Origin: an uncultured Actinomycetes bacterium
GTDB lineage: Bacteria; Actinomycetota; UBA4738; HRBIN12
DNA length: 64,000 nt
Reading direction: 5' to 3'
Assembly: GCA_963810635.1 (NCBI GenBank)
Contig: CAWEOB010000001.1
Span: 141,751 to 205,750 of the forward strand
The position numbers and the translations under genes are program-made. Below are positions 37,062 through 47,651 of the stretch, piece after piece (positions within the stretch are counted from its first letter, which is position 1; each line of letters starts with the position of its first letter). A model generated the notes under the pieces. The model was not told the DNA's origin. It searched no databases and saw only the letters and a program-made list of their open reading frames with translations.

Positions 37062-37601
37062 ATGTTCGACATCGATGACACCGATGCGCTGTTCGGTGGC
37101 GCGATCGGTGCGGTGAGCGCGTCCGACCGGTTGGACGACGCCCTCTCCGCGCTCGCGTCGGTGTTCTCCCCGTCCATCGCGGTCTCGCGGATCAGCGTGC
37201 GGACCTACGACGCTGTCGACGAGATCCTCGTCGTCGACGGACTCTGGACACTCGCTCCGACCGACGTCGGCGTCGGAACACGGCTGCCGGCACGCTCGAC
37301 CTCGTTCCCCGAGGTCGAGCGGGCCGGCCGTGCGGTCGTGGCCAGGTGGCGCGAGCCGACCGCGGCGAGCGACACCTCGCTGCTCGACCGCGTGATCCGC
37401 GACGAAGGCCACCGCTCGTGGGTCGTGATCCCGCTCCGCCGGGAACGACTCCTCGCCGGTCTGCTCACGATCTGCACCGCGGAGCCGGATGCGTTCGGGG
37501 CCTCCGACCTGCCGTTCTTCGATGCGCTCGGTGAGGCCGTGGCGGACCGGCTCCTGGCGCTGGCCGCCGAGGCTCGCGGACCTAGTTCGACACCCCGATA
37601 G
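37062..37601 (+). CDS. GAF-domain-like stand-alone protein
   Basis: ATG at 37062 after a purine-rich stretch, in the frame of track ORF 36006..37601. It is about 180 aa with a GAF-like pattern (...HRSWVVIPLRRERLLAGLLTICTAEPDAF...). The family call is tentative. Confidence 0.5.
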   Translation: MFDIDDTDALFGGAIGAVSASDRLDDALSALASVFSPSIAVSRISVRTYDAVDEILVVDGLWTLAPTDVGVGTRLPARSTSFPEVERAGRAVVARWREPTAASDTSLLDRVIRDEGHRSWVVIPLRRERLLAGLLTICTAEPDAFGASDLPFFDALGEAVADRLLALAAEARGPSSTPR

Positions 37602-38172
37602 CGACCCCGATGTGCTCACGGGCGATCGCCTCGTGGAGCACGACGTCCGCGAGGTCCTCGCGCGCGATCTCCCAGGTGGGAGCCCGATGCTCGACCTCGA
37701 CCTCCACGTGACCGGTCGGGGGGCCATCGGTGATGCCGGGAGCGACGACCCCCACCCAGTCGAGCGAGCCGTTGCGGAGCAGCTCGAGGTTCCGGCGGTG
37801 CTCGTCGGTGACGTGGGCGAACTCCGGAGCGACCTTCTTCAGCAGGACCCCCACGGTCAGGAGCACGACCACGCGTGAGGGACCGGTGCGCTCCAGGACC
37901 TCCGCCACGGAACGGAAGGCGTCCGACAAGGCGGTCGGGGCCGCGTCAGGCGCGACGCCGAGCGTCGAGATGGCGCTCTCCTGGCCCGCCGCGGCGCGCT
38001 CGACGGCGGCGCCGTCGAGCGCGTCGCCCAGTTCGATCCGCAGACCCGCGGGAACCGGGTCGAAGGCGTCGGGTCGCCGCACGAAGGCGGTCACCTCGTG
38101 ACCGCCGTCGAGCGCCTTGCCCACCACGACCCGGCCCGTGCGACCGGCGGCGCCGAACACGACGATCTTCAT
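37582..38172 (-). CDS. NAD(P)H-binding (NmrA/BVR-B-like) atypical SDR
   Basis: ATG at 38172. 'MKIVVFGAAGRTGRVVV' Rossmann motif. The 3' end overlaps the convergent GAF gene by 20 nt. Confidence 0.75.
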   Translation of the reverse strand: MKIVVFGAAGRTGRVVVGKALDGGHEVTAFVRRPDAFDPVPAGLRIELGDALDGAAVERAAAGQESAISTLGVAPDAAPTALSDAFRSVAEVLERTGPSRVVVLLTVGVLLKKVAPEFAHVTDEHRRNLELLRNGSLDWVGVVAPGITDGPPTGHVEVEVEHRAPTWEIAREDLADVVLHEAIAREHIGVAIGVSN

Positions 38173-38173
38173 G

Positions 38174-39578
38174 TCACCCGTCCCGGACGACGGGCAGACC
38201 CTCCGCGCGCCAGGCGCCCATGCCGCCCACGACGGTGGCGGCATCGTCGCGCCCCATCGACACGAGCAGGCTCGCGATGACCGACGACCTGAAGCCGCCC
38301 CCGCAGATCACCGCCAGAGGACGACCGTCCGGCGGCGGCAACGATCCCACCCCGGCGGGCACGTCCGCGCCGGTCATGAAGGTCGCGCCCTCGATGTGAC
38401 CGTGGGCCCACTCGTCGGGCTGTCGCACGTCGAGCACGCGGACAGAGCCCTCCTGCCGCTTCTCGGCCACCTGCCGCACCGAGAGCTGGGCCGCGCTCGC
38501 CACGTCCATCCCCGTGGTGCGCCAGCCCTGCATCCCGCCGACGAGCCAGCCGGCCGGCGGCGCGTATCCGATCCTCAGGAGCTGCCAGGTGGCTTCCCAG
38601 GAGATCTTCGGCTCGGTCGAGCACCAGCAGCGTCTCGGCGCCGTCGGGAAGGACCGTGCCGGCCCAGGTCGCGAACGACCCTTCGATCGCCACGTGGAGC
38701 GCTCCCGGCACGTGGCCGCCCGCGAACGCCTCCGTCCGACGTGTATCGAGGACCACCGCGCCGCCGTCGCGGAGCTTGGCGAACAGGTCCACGGTGAGCG
38801 CGGGTGGTTCGGCGACCATGCCGAGCACCTCGGGTCCCGCCATGTTCTGCGCTCGCATCCGTCTCCAGTACGGCGGCACACCCGGGAGCGCCGCGAGGCC
38901 GAACACCTCGTCGACGGGACGCCCCTCGAGGGCCCGCGCGATCACCGGGTTGGTTCGCCGCTCGTAGCCGATGGTCGTGGAGAGCCGCGAGCCGATGGCG
39001 CCGCCGCACAACGAACCGGCCACGTGCGTGGGATAGACCTCGACGTGGTCGGGCAAGGTGAGGATCCGCTCCTGGAGCGTGCGCAGGAGCGACTCCGCGC
39101 TCTCACGCGTGGCCTCATCGCCACCGAGGAGGTCGGGCCGGGCCACGTCGTGCACCAGGAGTGCCCCGCCGGAGAAGAGGACGGCGGGCTCGTCGCTCAC
39201 CGAACGGTCGCGGACGAGGAGGCTGACGTGCTCGGGCGTGTGACCGGGAGTGTGGAGGACCTCGAGCGAGACCTCCCCCATCTCGAGCACCTCGCCGTGC
39301 GCGAGCGGACGGTGGTGGTAGCCGTACGTTCCGGTGCCCGGCGCCAGCGCTTGGACGCTCGGAACACCGGCGACCAGCTCGCTGATCCCCGACAGGTAGT
39401 CGTTGTGCCCATGCGTGTCGAGCACGTAGGCGATCCGCATCCCCCGGTCGCGGGCTTCGTGCAGGTACGCGGCGATGTCTCGCCGTGGGTCGAGGACGAG
39501 CGCCTCACCGGTCCGCTCGTCGCCGACGAGGTACGACGCGTGGCCGAGGCCCTCGAGGTGGAACTGCCGCAGATGCAC
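38174..39578 (-). CDS. MBL-fold (persulfide-dioxygenase-like) protein fused to two rhodanese domains (one frameshift near 38605)
   Basis: The N-terminus carries 'LDTHGHNDYLSG' (HxHxDY) and 'LHTPGHTPEH'. The first rhodanese-like region has 'VVLDTRRTEAFAGGHVPGAL'. The second, in the frame of track ORF 38174..38881, has 'VLDVRQPDEWAHGHIEGA...AVICGGGFRSS' (active-site Cys loop). The length is 3n+1. Confidence 0.8.
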
Positions 39579-39682
39579 GACCCGACCTTACCGAACGTCC
39601 GCGGAACACGAGCCTCTGCATCTCGAGGGCGCCGCGCCGGTCCGTGTGCCGTATGTCGCCTGTCGCCGGTAGGGTTGGAAGG

Positions 39683-40708
39683 GTGAGTCGATCGATCATC
39701 CGGACCGAGGGGCTCCGGAAGCGGTTCGGTGAGGTCGAGGCCCTCAAGGGCGTCGACCTCCTCGTGGAACGGGGCACCGTGTTCGGCCTCCTCGGCCCGA
39801 ACGGTGCCGGCAAGACCACGTCCGTCCGCATCCTGACCACCCTGCTGCTCCCCGACGAAGGCATCGCCCAGGTCGACGGACTCGACGTCGTGCGCGACGC
39901 CGAGGTGCTCCGTTCCAAGATCGGCCTCGCCGGGCAATTCGCTGCCGTCGACGAGAACCTCACCGGTTTCGAGAACCTCGAGATGGTCGGGCGCCTCTAT
40001 CACCTGCCACGGGCGGAGGCCCGCCGTCGCGCGGGCGAGGTCCTCGAGCGCTTCCGTCTCTCCGACGCAGCCGACCGGGCGGCCAAGACCTACTCCGGGG
40101 GCATGCGGCGCCGTCTCGATGTGGGCGCCAGCTTGGTGGGTCGCCCCGACGTCCTGTTCCTCGACGAGCCCACCACCGGTCTCGACCCCCGCAGCCGGAT
40201 GGACCTGTGGGCGTTGATCCGCGAGCTGCAGCAGGAAGGCATGACCTTGTTGCTCTGCACCCAGTACCTGGAGGAGGCCGACCACCTCTCGGATCGGATC
40301 GCCGTGATCGACGTCGGCACGGTGATCGCTGAGGGGACGTCCGATGAGCTCAAGGACAAGGTCGGCGGTCAGGTCCTCGAGGTCGCCGTCCAGGACGGGA
40401 CCTCGGTGCGTGACGTGTCGGCCTCGCTGGGTGGGATCGGCAACGGTGAGCCCCTGGTCGATGAGGAGGCGCGCCGGATCCGGATCCAGGTCGGTTCCGA
40501 TGGACACACGGCGTTGATGGAGACGGTGCGCAGGCTGGCCGACGCCCGGATCGACCTGTCGGACATCGGCCTGCACCGCCCGACGCTCGATGACGTGTTC
40601 CTCTCACTCACCGGTCACACCGCTGAGGACGGCTCGGGGGCCGAGGACGAGGCCGCCCCCACGGGGCGGGGCAAGCGTCGCCGCGAGAAGGCGAAGGAGA
40701 ACGCGTGA
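39683..40708 (+). CDS. ABC transporter ATP-binding protein (DrrA-like)
   Basis: GTG at 39683. Walker A 'GPNGAGKTT', signature 'YSGGMRRR', Walker B 'VLFLDEPTTGLD'. Confidence 0.85.
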   Translation: MSRSIIRTEGLRKRFGEVEALKGVDLLVERGTVFGLLGPNGAGKTTSVRILTTLLLPDEGIAQVDGLDVVRDAEVLRSKIGLAGQFAAVDENLTGFENLEMVGRLYHLPRAEARRRAGEVLERFRLSDAADRAAKTYSGGMRRRLDVGASLVGRPDVLFLDEPTTGLDPRSRMDLWALIRELQQEGMTLLLCTQYLEEADHLSDRIAVIDVGTVIAEGTSDELKDKVGGQVLEVAVQDGTSVRDVSASLGGIGNGEPLVDEEARRIRIQVGSDGHTALMETVRRLADARIDLSDIGLHRPTLDDVFLSLTGHTAEDGSGAEDEAAPTGRGKRRREKAKENA

Positions 40709-41535
40709 GCATCGCGGTCCAGCATCGGATGGATCTGCCGGCCCGGGTGGCCCGCGCCATCGGCGACGGTTTGATCGCGGCTCGGCGCAACGTCGTGGTG
40801 GTCTGGCGGGTCCCCACCGTGCTCGTCTTCGAGCTCGTGCAGCCCATCATGTTCGTGGTCCTGTTCGTCTACGTCTTCGGTGGCAACATCGTGAACCTGG
40901 GCGGGAACGCCTACGTGGACTTCCTGATGCCGGGCATCATCATCCAGAACGCCATCTTCGGCTCGACCACCACGGCGATCGGGATCGCGGACGACCTCAA
41001 GAAGGGGATGATCGACCGGTTCCGGTCCCTGCCCATGGCACGCTCAGCGGTGCTGGCAGGCCGGACCACGGCCGATGTGATGAAGAACTTCATCCTGGTC
41101 GTGCTCGTGATCGCCGTGGGCTACCTGGTGGGGTTCAACTTCCAGAACGGCCTCGTGGGGGCCCTCGCGTTGGTGATCCTCACCCTGGCCGTCGGGTTCG
41201 CGTTCTCGTGGATCTCGGCGACCGTCGGCCTGTGGCTGAAGGAGGTCGAGGCCGTTCAAGCCGCTACGTTCACGTGGATCTTCCCGGTGGTGTTCATCTC
41301 GTCCGCCCTGGTGCCGATCCGCGGCATGGCCCCGGTCTTCAAGTGGATCGCCGAGCACAACCCGGTGACCTATTGGGCCAACCTGGCTCGCTATTTCGCG
41401 CTCGGGCCGAAGGGGCTGATCGGACAGACCCCCGATTCCCTCGAGGCCCTGATCTTCAAGTCCGCCATCTGGTGGGTCGTGATCCTGGCGATCTTCGTGC
41501 CGCTCTCGATCCGCCTGTACCGCAAACTGAACTGA
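40705..41535 (+). CDS. ABC-2 transporter permease (DrrB-like)
   Basis: 276-aa, 6-TM ORF whose start overlaps the ATPase stop. Confidence 0.8.
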   Translation: MSIAVQHRMDLPARVARAIGDGLIAARRNVVVVWRVPTVLVFELVQPIMFVVLFVYVFGGNIVNLGGNAYVDFLMPGIIIQNAIFGSTTTAIGIADDLKKGMIDRFRSLPMARSAVLAGRTTADVMKNFILVVLVIAVGYLVGFNFQNGLVGALALVILTLAVGFAFSWISATVGLWLKEVEAVQAATFTWIFPVVFISSALVPIRGMAPVFKWIAEHNPVTYWANLARYFALGPKGLIGQTPDSLEALIFKSAIWWVVILAIFVPLSIRLYRKLN

Positions 41536-41605
41536 CCCGGGAACAGTCCCGGCTCGCTCCGCGTTCACCGTCTGAAGCGCCTGGATGTGACCTGAGGGGG
41601 GATAC

Positions 41606-43177
41606 GTGCTCGGTTTCGAAGGTGACAACGCTCGCGAGAAGGTCATCGTCCTGCTCACCATGTGCTTCGCGCTGGCCATGGCCATGCTCGACAACACGGT
41701 CGTCAACGTGGCGCTCCCCACCCTCAACCAGGAGCTCGGAGCCGGGGTCTCGGGTCTGCAGTGGATCGTCGACGGCTACGTGCTCGCCTTCGCGTCGCTC
41801 CTGCTCACCGGCGGGATCCTCGGCGACAAGTACGGCCGCAAGAAGATGTTCCAGATCGGGCTGGCCATCTTCACGTTCAGCTCGCTGCTCTGCGGACTGT
41901 CACAGACCACCGGCCAGCTGATCGCCGCCCGTGTCCTGCAGGGCGTCGGCGGGGCACTGCTGATGCCGGGGACGCTCTCCATCATCACGGTCACGTTCCC
42001 TCCGCGTGAGCGCGCCAAGGCCATCGGGCTGTGGGCGGGGGTCTCGGGACTCGCGCTCGCGCTCGGACCGACCTTGGGGGGCTACCTCGTCGAGCACCAG
42101 GGATGGCAGTCGGTGTTCTTCATCAACGTGCCGATCGGCATCATCGCCTTCGCGGTGGCGGCGTGGGTCGTGAAGGAGTCACGTTCGGACCAGGCCCGCT
42201 ACCTCGACGTGCCCGGCCTCATCATGGGATCGCTGACGTTGTTCCTCGCCACCTTCGGTCTCATCGAAGCCAACCAGCGCGGGTGGACCGACCCACTGAT
42301 CGTCGCCTCGCTGACCGGAGCTGCCGTCCTGTTGGTGGCCTTCCTGATGTGGGAGCGGCGCAGCCCGCACCCCATGATGCCCCTCGACTACTTCAAGATC
42401 CCCGCGTTCTCGGCCGGCAACACGGTGGCGTTCTGCGTGTCCCTCGGCATGTTCGCCTCGTTCTTCTTCCTGTCCTTGTACATGCAGGGGATCCACGGCT
42501 ACACGCCGTTCCAGGCGGGCGTCCGATTCTTGCCACTGACCCTCGCCATCGTCGTCACCGCGCCGCTCGCCGGCCGGTACGCCTCGCAGCACGGGTCGCG
42601 GGCACCTATGACGTATGGACTGCTCCTGGCCGGAGGGGGCCTGTTGCTGCTCGGCCTCACCCTCCAGGCCGATACCTCGTACCTCTACATGCTCCCCATC
42701 TTCGCCGTGATGGGGCACGGGATGGGTGCGACCATGGCGCCCATGACGGCCGCCGTGATGAACGCGGTCGGCCCGCAGCGGGCAGGGCTCGGCTCTGCCA
42801 TGACCAACACCAGCCGGGAGGTCGGCGGCGTCCTCGGGATCGCCCTCCTCGGAACCATCCTCACGACCCGGTTGAAGTCGGCGTTCGTGCCGGCCATCAC
42901 GGATCTCGGACTGTCGCCCTCGCAGACGGCTGCCATCGGCACCGCGGCAGGACACGGAGAGGTGGAACGGTCGCTGTTGCAGGGTCTGTCACCGGAACAG
43001 CAGGCGGGCATCGGCCAGGCGTTCTCCGCTGCGTTCATGGACGGCTTCCACGTGGCCCTCGTGATCGGCGGGCTCGTCCTGATGGCAGGCGCGCTCGTGG
43101 CCTACCACTTCATCCCGGGGCGGGAGACCATCGAGCAGCATCACGCCGACGCCGAAGCGCTGGCCGTGGCGCACTGA
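41606..43177 (+). CDS. MFS transporter, DHA2 (EmrB/QacA, 14-TM) type
   Basis: 523 aa. 'LDNTVVNVALPTL' and 'GGILGDKYGRKKMF' (motif A). Confidence 0.85.
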   Translation: MLGFEGDNAREKVIVLLTMCFALAMAMLDNTVVNVALPTLNQELGAGVSGLQWIVDGYVLAFASLLLTGGILGDKYGRKKMFQIGLAIFTFSSLLCGLSQTTGQLIAARVLQGVGGALLMPGTLSIITVTFPPRERAKAIGLWAGVSGLALALGPTLGGYLVEHQGWQSVFFINVPIGIIAFAVAAWVVKESRSDQARYLDVPGLIMGSLTLFLATFGLIEANQRGWTDPLIVASLTGAAVLLVAFLMWERRSPHPMMPLDYFKIPAFSAGNTVAFCVSLGMFASFFFLSLYMQGIHGYTPFQAGVRFLPLTLAIVVTAPLAGRYASQHGSRAPMTYGLLLAGGGLLLLGLTLQADTSYLYMLPIFAVMGHGMGATMAPMTAAVMNAVGPQRAGLGSAMTNTSREVGGVLGIALLGTILTTRLKSAFVPAITDLGLSPSQTAAIGTAAGHGEVERSLLQGLSPEQQAGIGQAFSAAFMDGFHVALVIGGLVLMAGALVAYHFIPGRETIEQHHADAEALAVAH

Positions 43178-43204
43178 GGCCGGCCCCCGTGCGCGGGTCC
43201 AACG

Positions 43205-43687
43205 TCAGCCCGGCTTGACCACCATATCGGCCACCACGAGCACCAGGACCAGCAGGTCGATACGGGAGATGATCAAGATCCGGTGGATCCCGGCCTGGAT
43301 TCCAGGGTCCTCGGGCGGGCGCTCAGCGACGAGCTTGCCGAGCCTGCCGGCTTCCGGTCCCAGGAAGAACGCGCCCGTGACGAACGTCGCCGCGTACCCG
43401 ATCAGACCGAGCCACACCCACGTGGTGGTGAAGTCGAGTGGACTGAGCCACACGAGGGTCACGCCGGACACGATCACGAGGATCGACATCGGCATGATGT
43501 AGGTCAACGCGATCTTCTCGAGTTGCTTCGAGAAGCCCGCCAACTGGACGAAGTCCTGCTGCGAGATCAGCCGGCTCGCGTACACCTGCGCGTAGGCTCC
43601 GGCGCCGACCCACGCGATGGCGGCGAGCACATGGATCAGTTTGAGTGCGTCGTACCCCGCTTCCGACAGCGCGATCACCTGGTGCAC
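43205..43687 (-). CDS. small integral membrane protein (DUF2269-like)
   Basis: GTG at 43687 preceded by GGGAGGAG. It has 4 TM helices. The family call is from memory and tentative. Confidence 0.5.
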   Translation of the reverse strand: MHQVIALSEAGYDALKLIHVLAAIAWVGAGAYAQVYASRLISQQDFVQLAGFSKQLEKIALTYIMPMSILVIVSGVTLVWLSPLDFTTTWVWLGLIGYAATFVTGAFFLGPEAGRLGKLVAERPPEDPGIQAGIHRILIISRIDLLVLVLVVADMVVKPG

Positions 43688-43754
43688 CGCGGGCCTCCTC
43701 CCTACGCAGCATCCGTCCTCGTCCGACAGCGCCGCCAGCCTATCCTCGGCGCGC

Positions 43755-45077
43755 TCACGCGACCGGGGCGCCCGCGTCGTACCGCCAGAACCCAGGGGCG
43801 AACCACCGGAGCACCCCGATCCCGGCGATCGTGAGCAGGCCACCGCTCACGAGCGAGAACGGGATGCTCGTGAGCGAGGCGACCACGCCCGACTCGACAT
43901 CGCCGAGCGACGGACCCGTGGCCCACACTGCCATGCCGATGCCGTCGAGCCGGCCGCGGTAACGATCCTCGACGGCCGCCTGCAGGATCGTCATGCGGAA
44001 GATGCCGCTCACCATGTCGCCGGCGCCCGCGACGGCGAGCATGGTGAGCGACAGCCAGAGGGTTCCTGAGAAGCCGAACACCACGATGGCGGCTCCCCAG
44101 ACCACGATCGACAGCATGACGGCGCGACCCTGGCGCCGGACGTGCTTCGCACGCCCGGACACCAGGGTCGCCAGGAAGGCGCCCGCCGCCGGTGCCGCGT
44201 AGAGCAGACCCAACACGTACCCCTGCCGTTCCGGCCCCCCGAGATCCAAAGCGATCGCCGGCAACAACGCCATCGGGAAGCCGAAGATCATCGCGTTCAG
44301 ATCCGCGAGGAAGACCGCCTGGACGTTGCGCTTGCCCTTCAGGAAGCGGAAGCCGTCCTTGATCGCCGCCCAGCTGATCTCGGTCTCCTCGTGGGTCGGC
44401 GGGGAGGGACGCATCCGCCAGAGCATCGCGATCACCACCAGGAAGGTGGCCGCGTCGAAGACGTACGCCCCGGTCGGTCCGATCGTCGCCAGCAGGACGC
44501 CGGCCACGACCGGCGCGATCAGCCCGTCGAGGGTGCCGAAGCCTGCCTCGAGGGCGTTCGTGGAGGGCAGGAGCTCCGGCTCCACCAGCCGGGCGGGCCA
44601 GGTGGACAGGTTCGGGCGGTTGAACGTGTACAGCCCGGCCGCGAGGAACGTGAAGAGGTAGAGCGGCCACAGCAAGGGCTCGTCGAGCGACGCGTTCACC
44701 GCCATGAAGAGCGAGAGCACCGCCAGCACCGCGTGGGTGCTCAGTGCGAGCTTGCGGCGGTCAACCGCGTCGGCGACGGCGCCGCCCACGATCGGGAACA
44801 CGAAGACGGGCACCAACGCCGCCAAGCCGAGGAGCCCCACCGCCAGGGTCGACCCCGTGATGACAAAGACCTGGAAGGGCACCACGACCGCGACGATCTC
44901 GTCCCCGAAATCCGAAACGGAACGGCCGAAGAAGAGCAGGCGGAAGTCACGCGAGATCCTCAGCGGTGTGAGGTCGACGAGATGCGCGCGGGCGCGAGCG
45001 ACGATGCCGCGTGGCGGTGGACCCTCGTCATCCTCGTCCGGGTCGTGAACCGGTGGTGGCGGTTCGTGTTCGGCCAT
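43755..45077 (-). CDS. MFS transporter (EntS/enterobactin-exporter-like)
   Basis: ATG at 45077 (MAEHEPP...). 12 TM helices. 'RDFRLLFFGRSVSDFGDEI' and 'GGAVADAVDRRKL'. Confidence 0.8.
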   Translation of the reverse strand: MAEHEPPPPVHDPDEDDEGPPPRGIVARARAHLVDLTPLRISRDFRLLFFGRSVSDFGDEIVAVVVPFQVFVITGSTLAVGLLGLAALVPVFVFPIVGGAVADAVDRRKLALSTHAVLAVLSLFMAVNASLDEPLLWPLYLFTFLAAGLYTFNRPNLSTWPARLVEPELLPSTNALEAGFGTLDGLIAPVVAGVLLATIGPTGAYVFDAATFLVVIAMLWRMRPSPPTHEETEISWAAIKDGFRFLKGKRNVQAVFLADLNAMIFGFPMALLPAIALDLGGPERQGYVLGLLYAAPAAGAFLATLVSGRAKHVRRQGRAVMLSIVVWGAAIVVFGFSGTLWLSLTMLAVAGAGDMVSGIFRMTILQAAVEDRYRGRLDGIGMAVWATGPSLGDVESGVVASLTSIPFSLVSGGLLTIAGIGVLRWFAPGFWRYDAGAPVA

Positions 45078-45091
45078 GGCGGCCGACCACG

Positions 45092-45928
45092 CTACCGCAG
45101 CAGTCGGGACAGCCGGCGATCGGCCAGGAGCTTCCCGCCGGTCTGGCAGTCGGGGCAATACGTGACCTCGTAATCCTCGTACGAGACCCGCCGCAGGTCA
45201 GCGCCGCACCGCGGACAGGGTTCTCCATAACGGTTGTGCACCGTGAAGTGGTCACCGAGCTTCGTCGGGAGCCCACCGGTGCGTTGCCGTTCGGCTTCGA
45301 GGGCATCGTCGACGATCCGGTGGACCGCGCCGACCAGGATCTCGCGCTGCTCGGGGTCGAGCTTCGCGAGCTGGGCGGTGGGAGAGAGCTTCGCCTCGTG
45401 CAGCACGTCGTCGCTGTAGCCGCGGCCCAGCCCGGCGATCGTCCGCTGGTCCCGCAGGACGGTGTGGATACGCCGGTTGTCGGTCGCCGTCCGGAGCAGG
45501 TGGTCGGCCTCCGAGGTGAGGACATCGGGACCGAGCTTGGCGAGCGGTCCGTCGTCGCCGCCGGCGAGCACCCACCATCCGGCCTTTCGCTGCGTGCCGA
45601 ACTCCTTCACGAGCAGCGCCGGCCGATCCGCGAACCGGATCCGAACGACCGCGCCCCGGGGCTTCGTCGTCTTGGGGGACGGCTCGACGTCCAGGCGGCC
45701 GCCCTGCGACAGGTGGATCAGCAGACGCCGGGCATCCTCGAAACCGATCACGACGTACTTCCCGCGGTTCGTGACCCCCGAGGCCACGGCGCCGCTGAGC
45801 TCTTCGGGACGCGGCGCATACGTCTTCAAAGATGAGAACTGCAGGATGTCCGCTCGGTCGAACGCGGCACCCGCCACGACCTCATCGAGGCGCTCGGCGA
45901 GCGCACGGATCTCCGGGAGCTCGGGCAC
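45092..45928 (-). CDS. Fpg/Nei-family DNA glycosylase/AP lyase
   Basis: N-terminal 'MPELPEI' (catalytic Pro2/Glu3) and a C-terminal zinc finger 'CPRCG...YCPDCQ'. Confidence 0.85.
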   Translation of the reverse strand: MPELPEIRALAERLDEVVAGAAFDRADILQFSSLKTYAPRPEELSGAVASGVTNRGKYVVIGFEDARRLLIHLSQGGRLDVEPSPKTTKPRGAVVRIRFADRPALLVKEFGTQRKAGWWVLAGGDDGPLAKLGPDVLTSEADHLLRTATDNRRIHTVLRDQRTIAGLGRGYSDDVLHEAKLSPTAQLAKLDPEQREILVGAVHRIVDDALEAERQRTGGLPTKLGDHFTVHNRYGEPCPRCGADLRRVSYEDYEVTYCPDCQTGGKLLADRRLSRLLR

Positions 45929-45934
45929 GGATGG

Positions 45935-47344
45935 TCACCCGGCGATCGCGGTCGCGGCCTCGCGGATGATGTCCACGCACTCGAGCGTGCGGTCGCGATG
46001 GGTCCGGTGGCTCAAGATGGCGGCTCGCAGCGTGTAGCGACCGTCGACCACCGTGCTCGACAGGAACACGCGCTTCGTCGCGTTGATCCGCGCCAGGAGC
46101 TCACGGTTGGCCCCCTCGTCGCCGTCACGGAGCCGGAACGGCGTGATGGTGAGCTGCGTGGACCACGGGAGCTCCAGCCTCGGCTCCTCGCGCAGGAGCC
46201 CGTCGAGCTCCTCGGAGAGGTCGAGCTTCTCGTCGAGCGCCTCGCGGAACCGCTGGACCCCGTGCAGGACGAGAGGGAACCACACGCGCAACCCGCGCAT
46301 GTCGCGCGAGAGCTCCGGCGTCAACTCGGCGTAGTTCGGGAGGTCGCCGGACGGTGGGAGGTCCTGGAGGTACGCGGCACCCTCGAAGTGCGCCGCGCGG
46401 AGCGGTTCGCGGTCACGGACGACGAGCCCGCCGGTCCCGTAGGGCAGGAACATCCCCTTGTGCGGATCGAGGGTGATGCTGTCGGCGCGTTCGATCCCGC
46501 GGAACCTCTCACGACCCCGCGCGGTGAGCTGGAAGAACCCGCCGTAGGCGGCATCGACGTGCATCCAGAGGCCCTCCGCCCTCGCGATGTCCGCGACCTG
46601 CTCGATCGGATCGACGGCGCCGGTGTTCGTGGTCCCGGCCGCAGGCACCACGAGGAACGGCCGGAGCCCGCTCGCACGGTCCTGCCGGATCATCGACCGC
46701 AGGGCCTCGGGGTCCATCCGGAGCTCGCGATCCGTGGGGACCAGGCGGAGCCCCCGACGAGGCAGACCGGCGATCGCGGCCGCCTTCGTGACGCTCGCGT
46801 GCGCCTGCCCGGTCACGTAGTACGTGCCGTCCAGGAACCCTTCGCCGAGCTTCTCGTGGCGCGCGGTAACCACGGCCGACAGGTTCGCGATCGAACCGCC
46901 CGTGGTGAGCACCCCCTGCGCGGTCTCCGGGAGGTCGAAGATCGAGCACAGCCAGTCCGTCACGTTCTCCTCGAGCTGGACCATGGCGGGGCTCTGTTGC
47001 CACATGCCGGTGTACCGGTTGAGCCCCTGGGCGAGGAACTCGGCCAGGGCCGCCGTGTACAACCCGCCACCGGGGATGTACGCGAGGAAGCCGGGGCCGC
47101 TGTATTCGAAGGTGTGGTGCGCGGCCTCGAGGGCGTCGTCGACGAGCGCACGCACGTCGGCCACGCCCTCGAGGGGCGGGGCCGACCGCAGCCGTTTCGC
47201 GACGTCGAGCGCCTCGTCGATCGCCTGGGCGGGCGCCTCTTCGAGGCCCCCGATCCAAGCGATCAGCTCGCCCACGACCAGCTCTCCCATCGCCCGCATC
47301 TCGGCGGGCGATGGGTCGAACGGATAGCCGCCCGGCTCGATCAC
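45935..47344 (-). CDS. PLP-dependent group II decarboxylase (aromatic-L-amino-acid/tyrosine decarboxylase-like)
   Basis: 469 aa. 'SITLDPHKGMFLPYGTG' contains the PLP lysine, and 'GGSIANLSAV' is present. Confidence 0.8.
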   Translation of the reverse strand: MIEPGGYPFDPSPAEMRAMGELVVGELIAWIGGLEEAPAQAIDEALDVAKRLRSAPPLEGVADVRALVDDALEAAHHTFEYSGPGFLAYIPGGGLYTAALAEFLAQGLNRYTGMWQQSPAMVQLEENVTDWLCSIFDLPETAQGVLTTGGSIANLSAVVTARHEKLGEGFLDGTYYVTGQAHASVTKAAAIAGLPRRGLRLVPTDRELRMDPEALRSMIRQDRASGLRPFLVVPAAGTTNTGAVDPIEQVADIARAEGLWMHVDAAYGGFFQLTARGRERFRGIERADSITLDPHKGMFLPYGTGGLVVRDREPLRAAHFEGAAYLQDLPPSGDLPNYAELTPELSRDMRGLRVWFPLVLHGVQRFREALDEKLDLSEELDGLLREEPRLELPWSTQLTITPFRLRDGDEGANRELLARINATKRVFLSSTVVDGRYTLRAAILSHRTHRDRTLECVDIIREAATAIAG

Positions 47345-47390
47345 GCCAGCCCCGTCGACCCGTCCACCATCGGGCGCTGCACGGGTGGCG

Positions 47391-47612
47391 TCACGTTGCC
47401 GTTCCCTGGCCCATCCGCTGCGTCACCTGCTCGAGGAGCGCTTCGGAGGCGGCGGCGACCTCGTCGACCGCGGCGTCGAACGCCGCGCGGTGCTTCGCGG
47501 ACGGTTCCCGGAAGCCGCTCACCTTGCGGACGTACTGCAGGGCCGCCTCGTGGATCTCATCGGTCGTGGCGACGTCGGTCCCGTCACGGAGTCGCTTGAT
47601 GCTTCGACACAT
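47391..47612 (-). CDS. DUF2277-family small protein
   Basis: 73 aa starting 'MCRSIKRLR...AALQYVRKVSG', the characteristic DUF2277 N-terminus (from memory). Confidence 0.7.
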   Translation of the reverse strand: MCRSIKRLRDGTDVATTDEIHEAALQYVRKVSGFREPSAKHRAAFDAAVDEVAAASEALLEQVTQRMGQGTAT

Positions 47613-47651
47613 GACGGCGAGCCTACCGCGGCCCGACGTCGGCGGCCGGGC

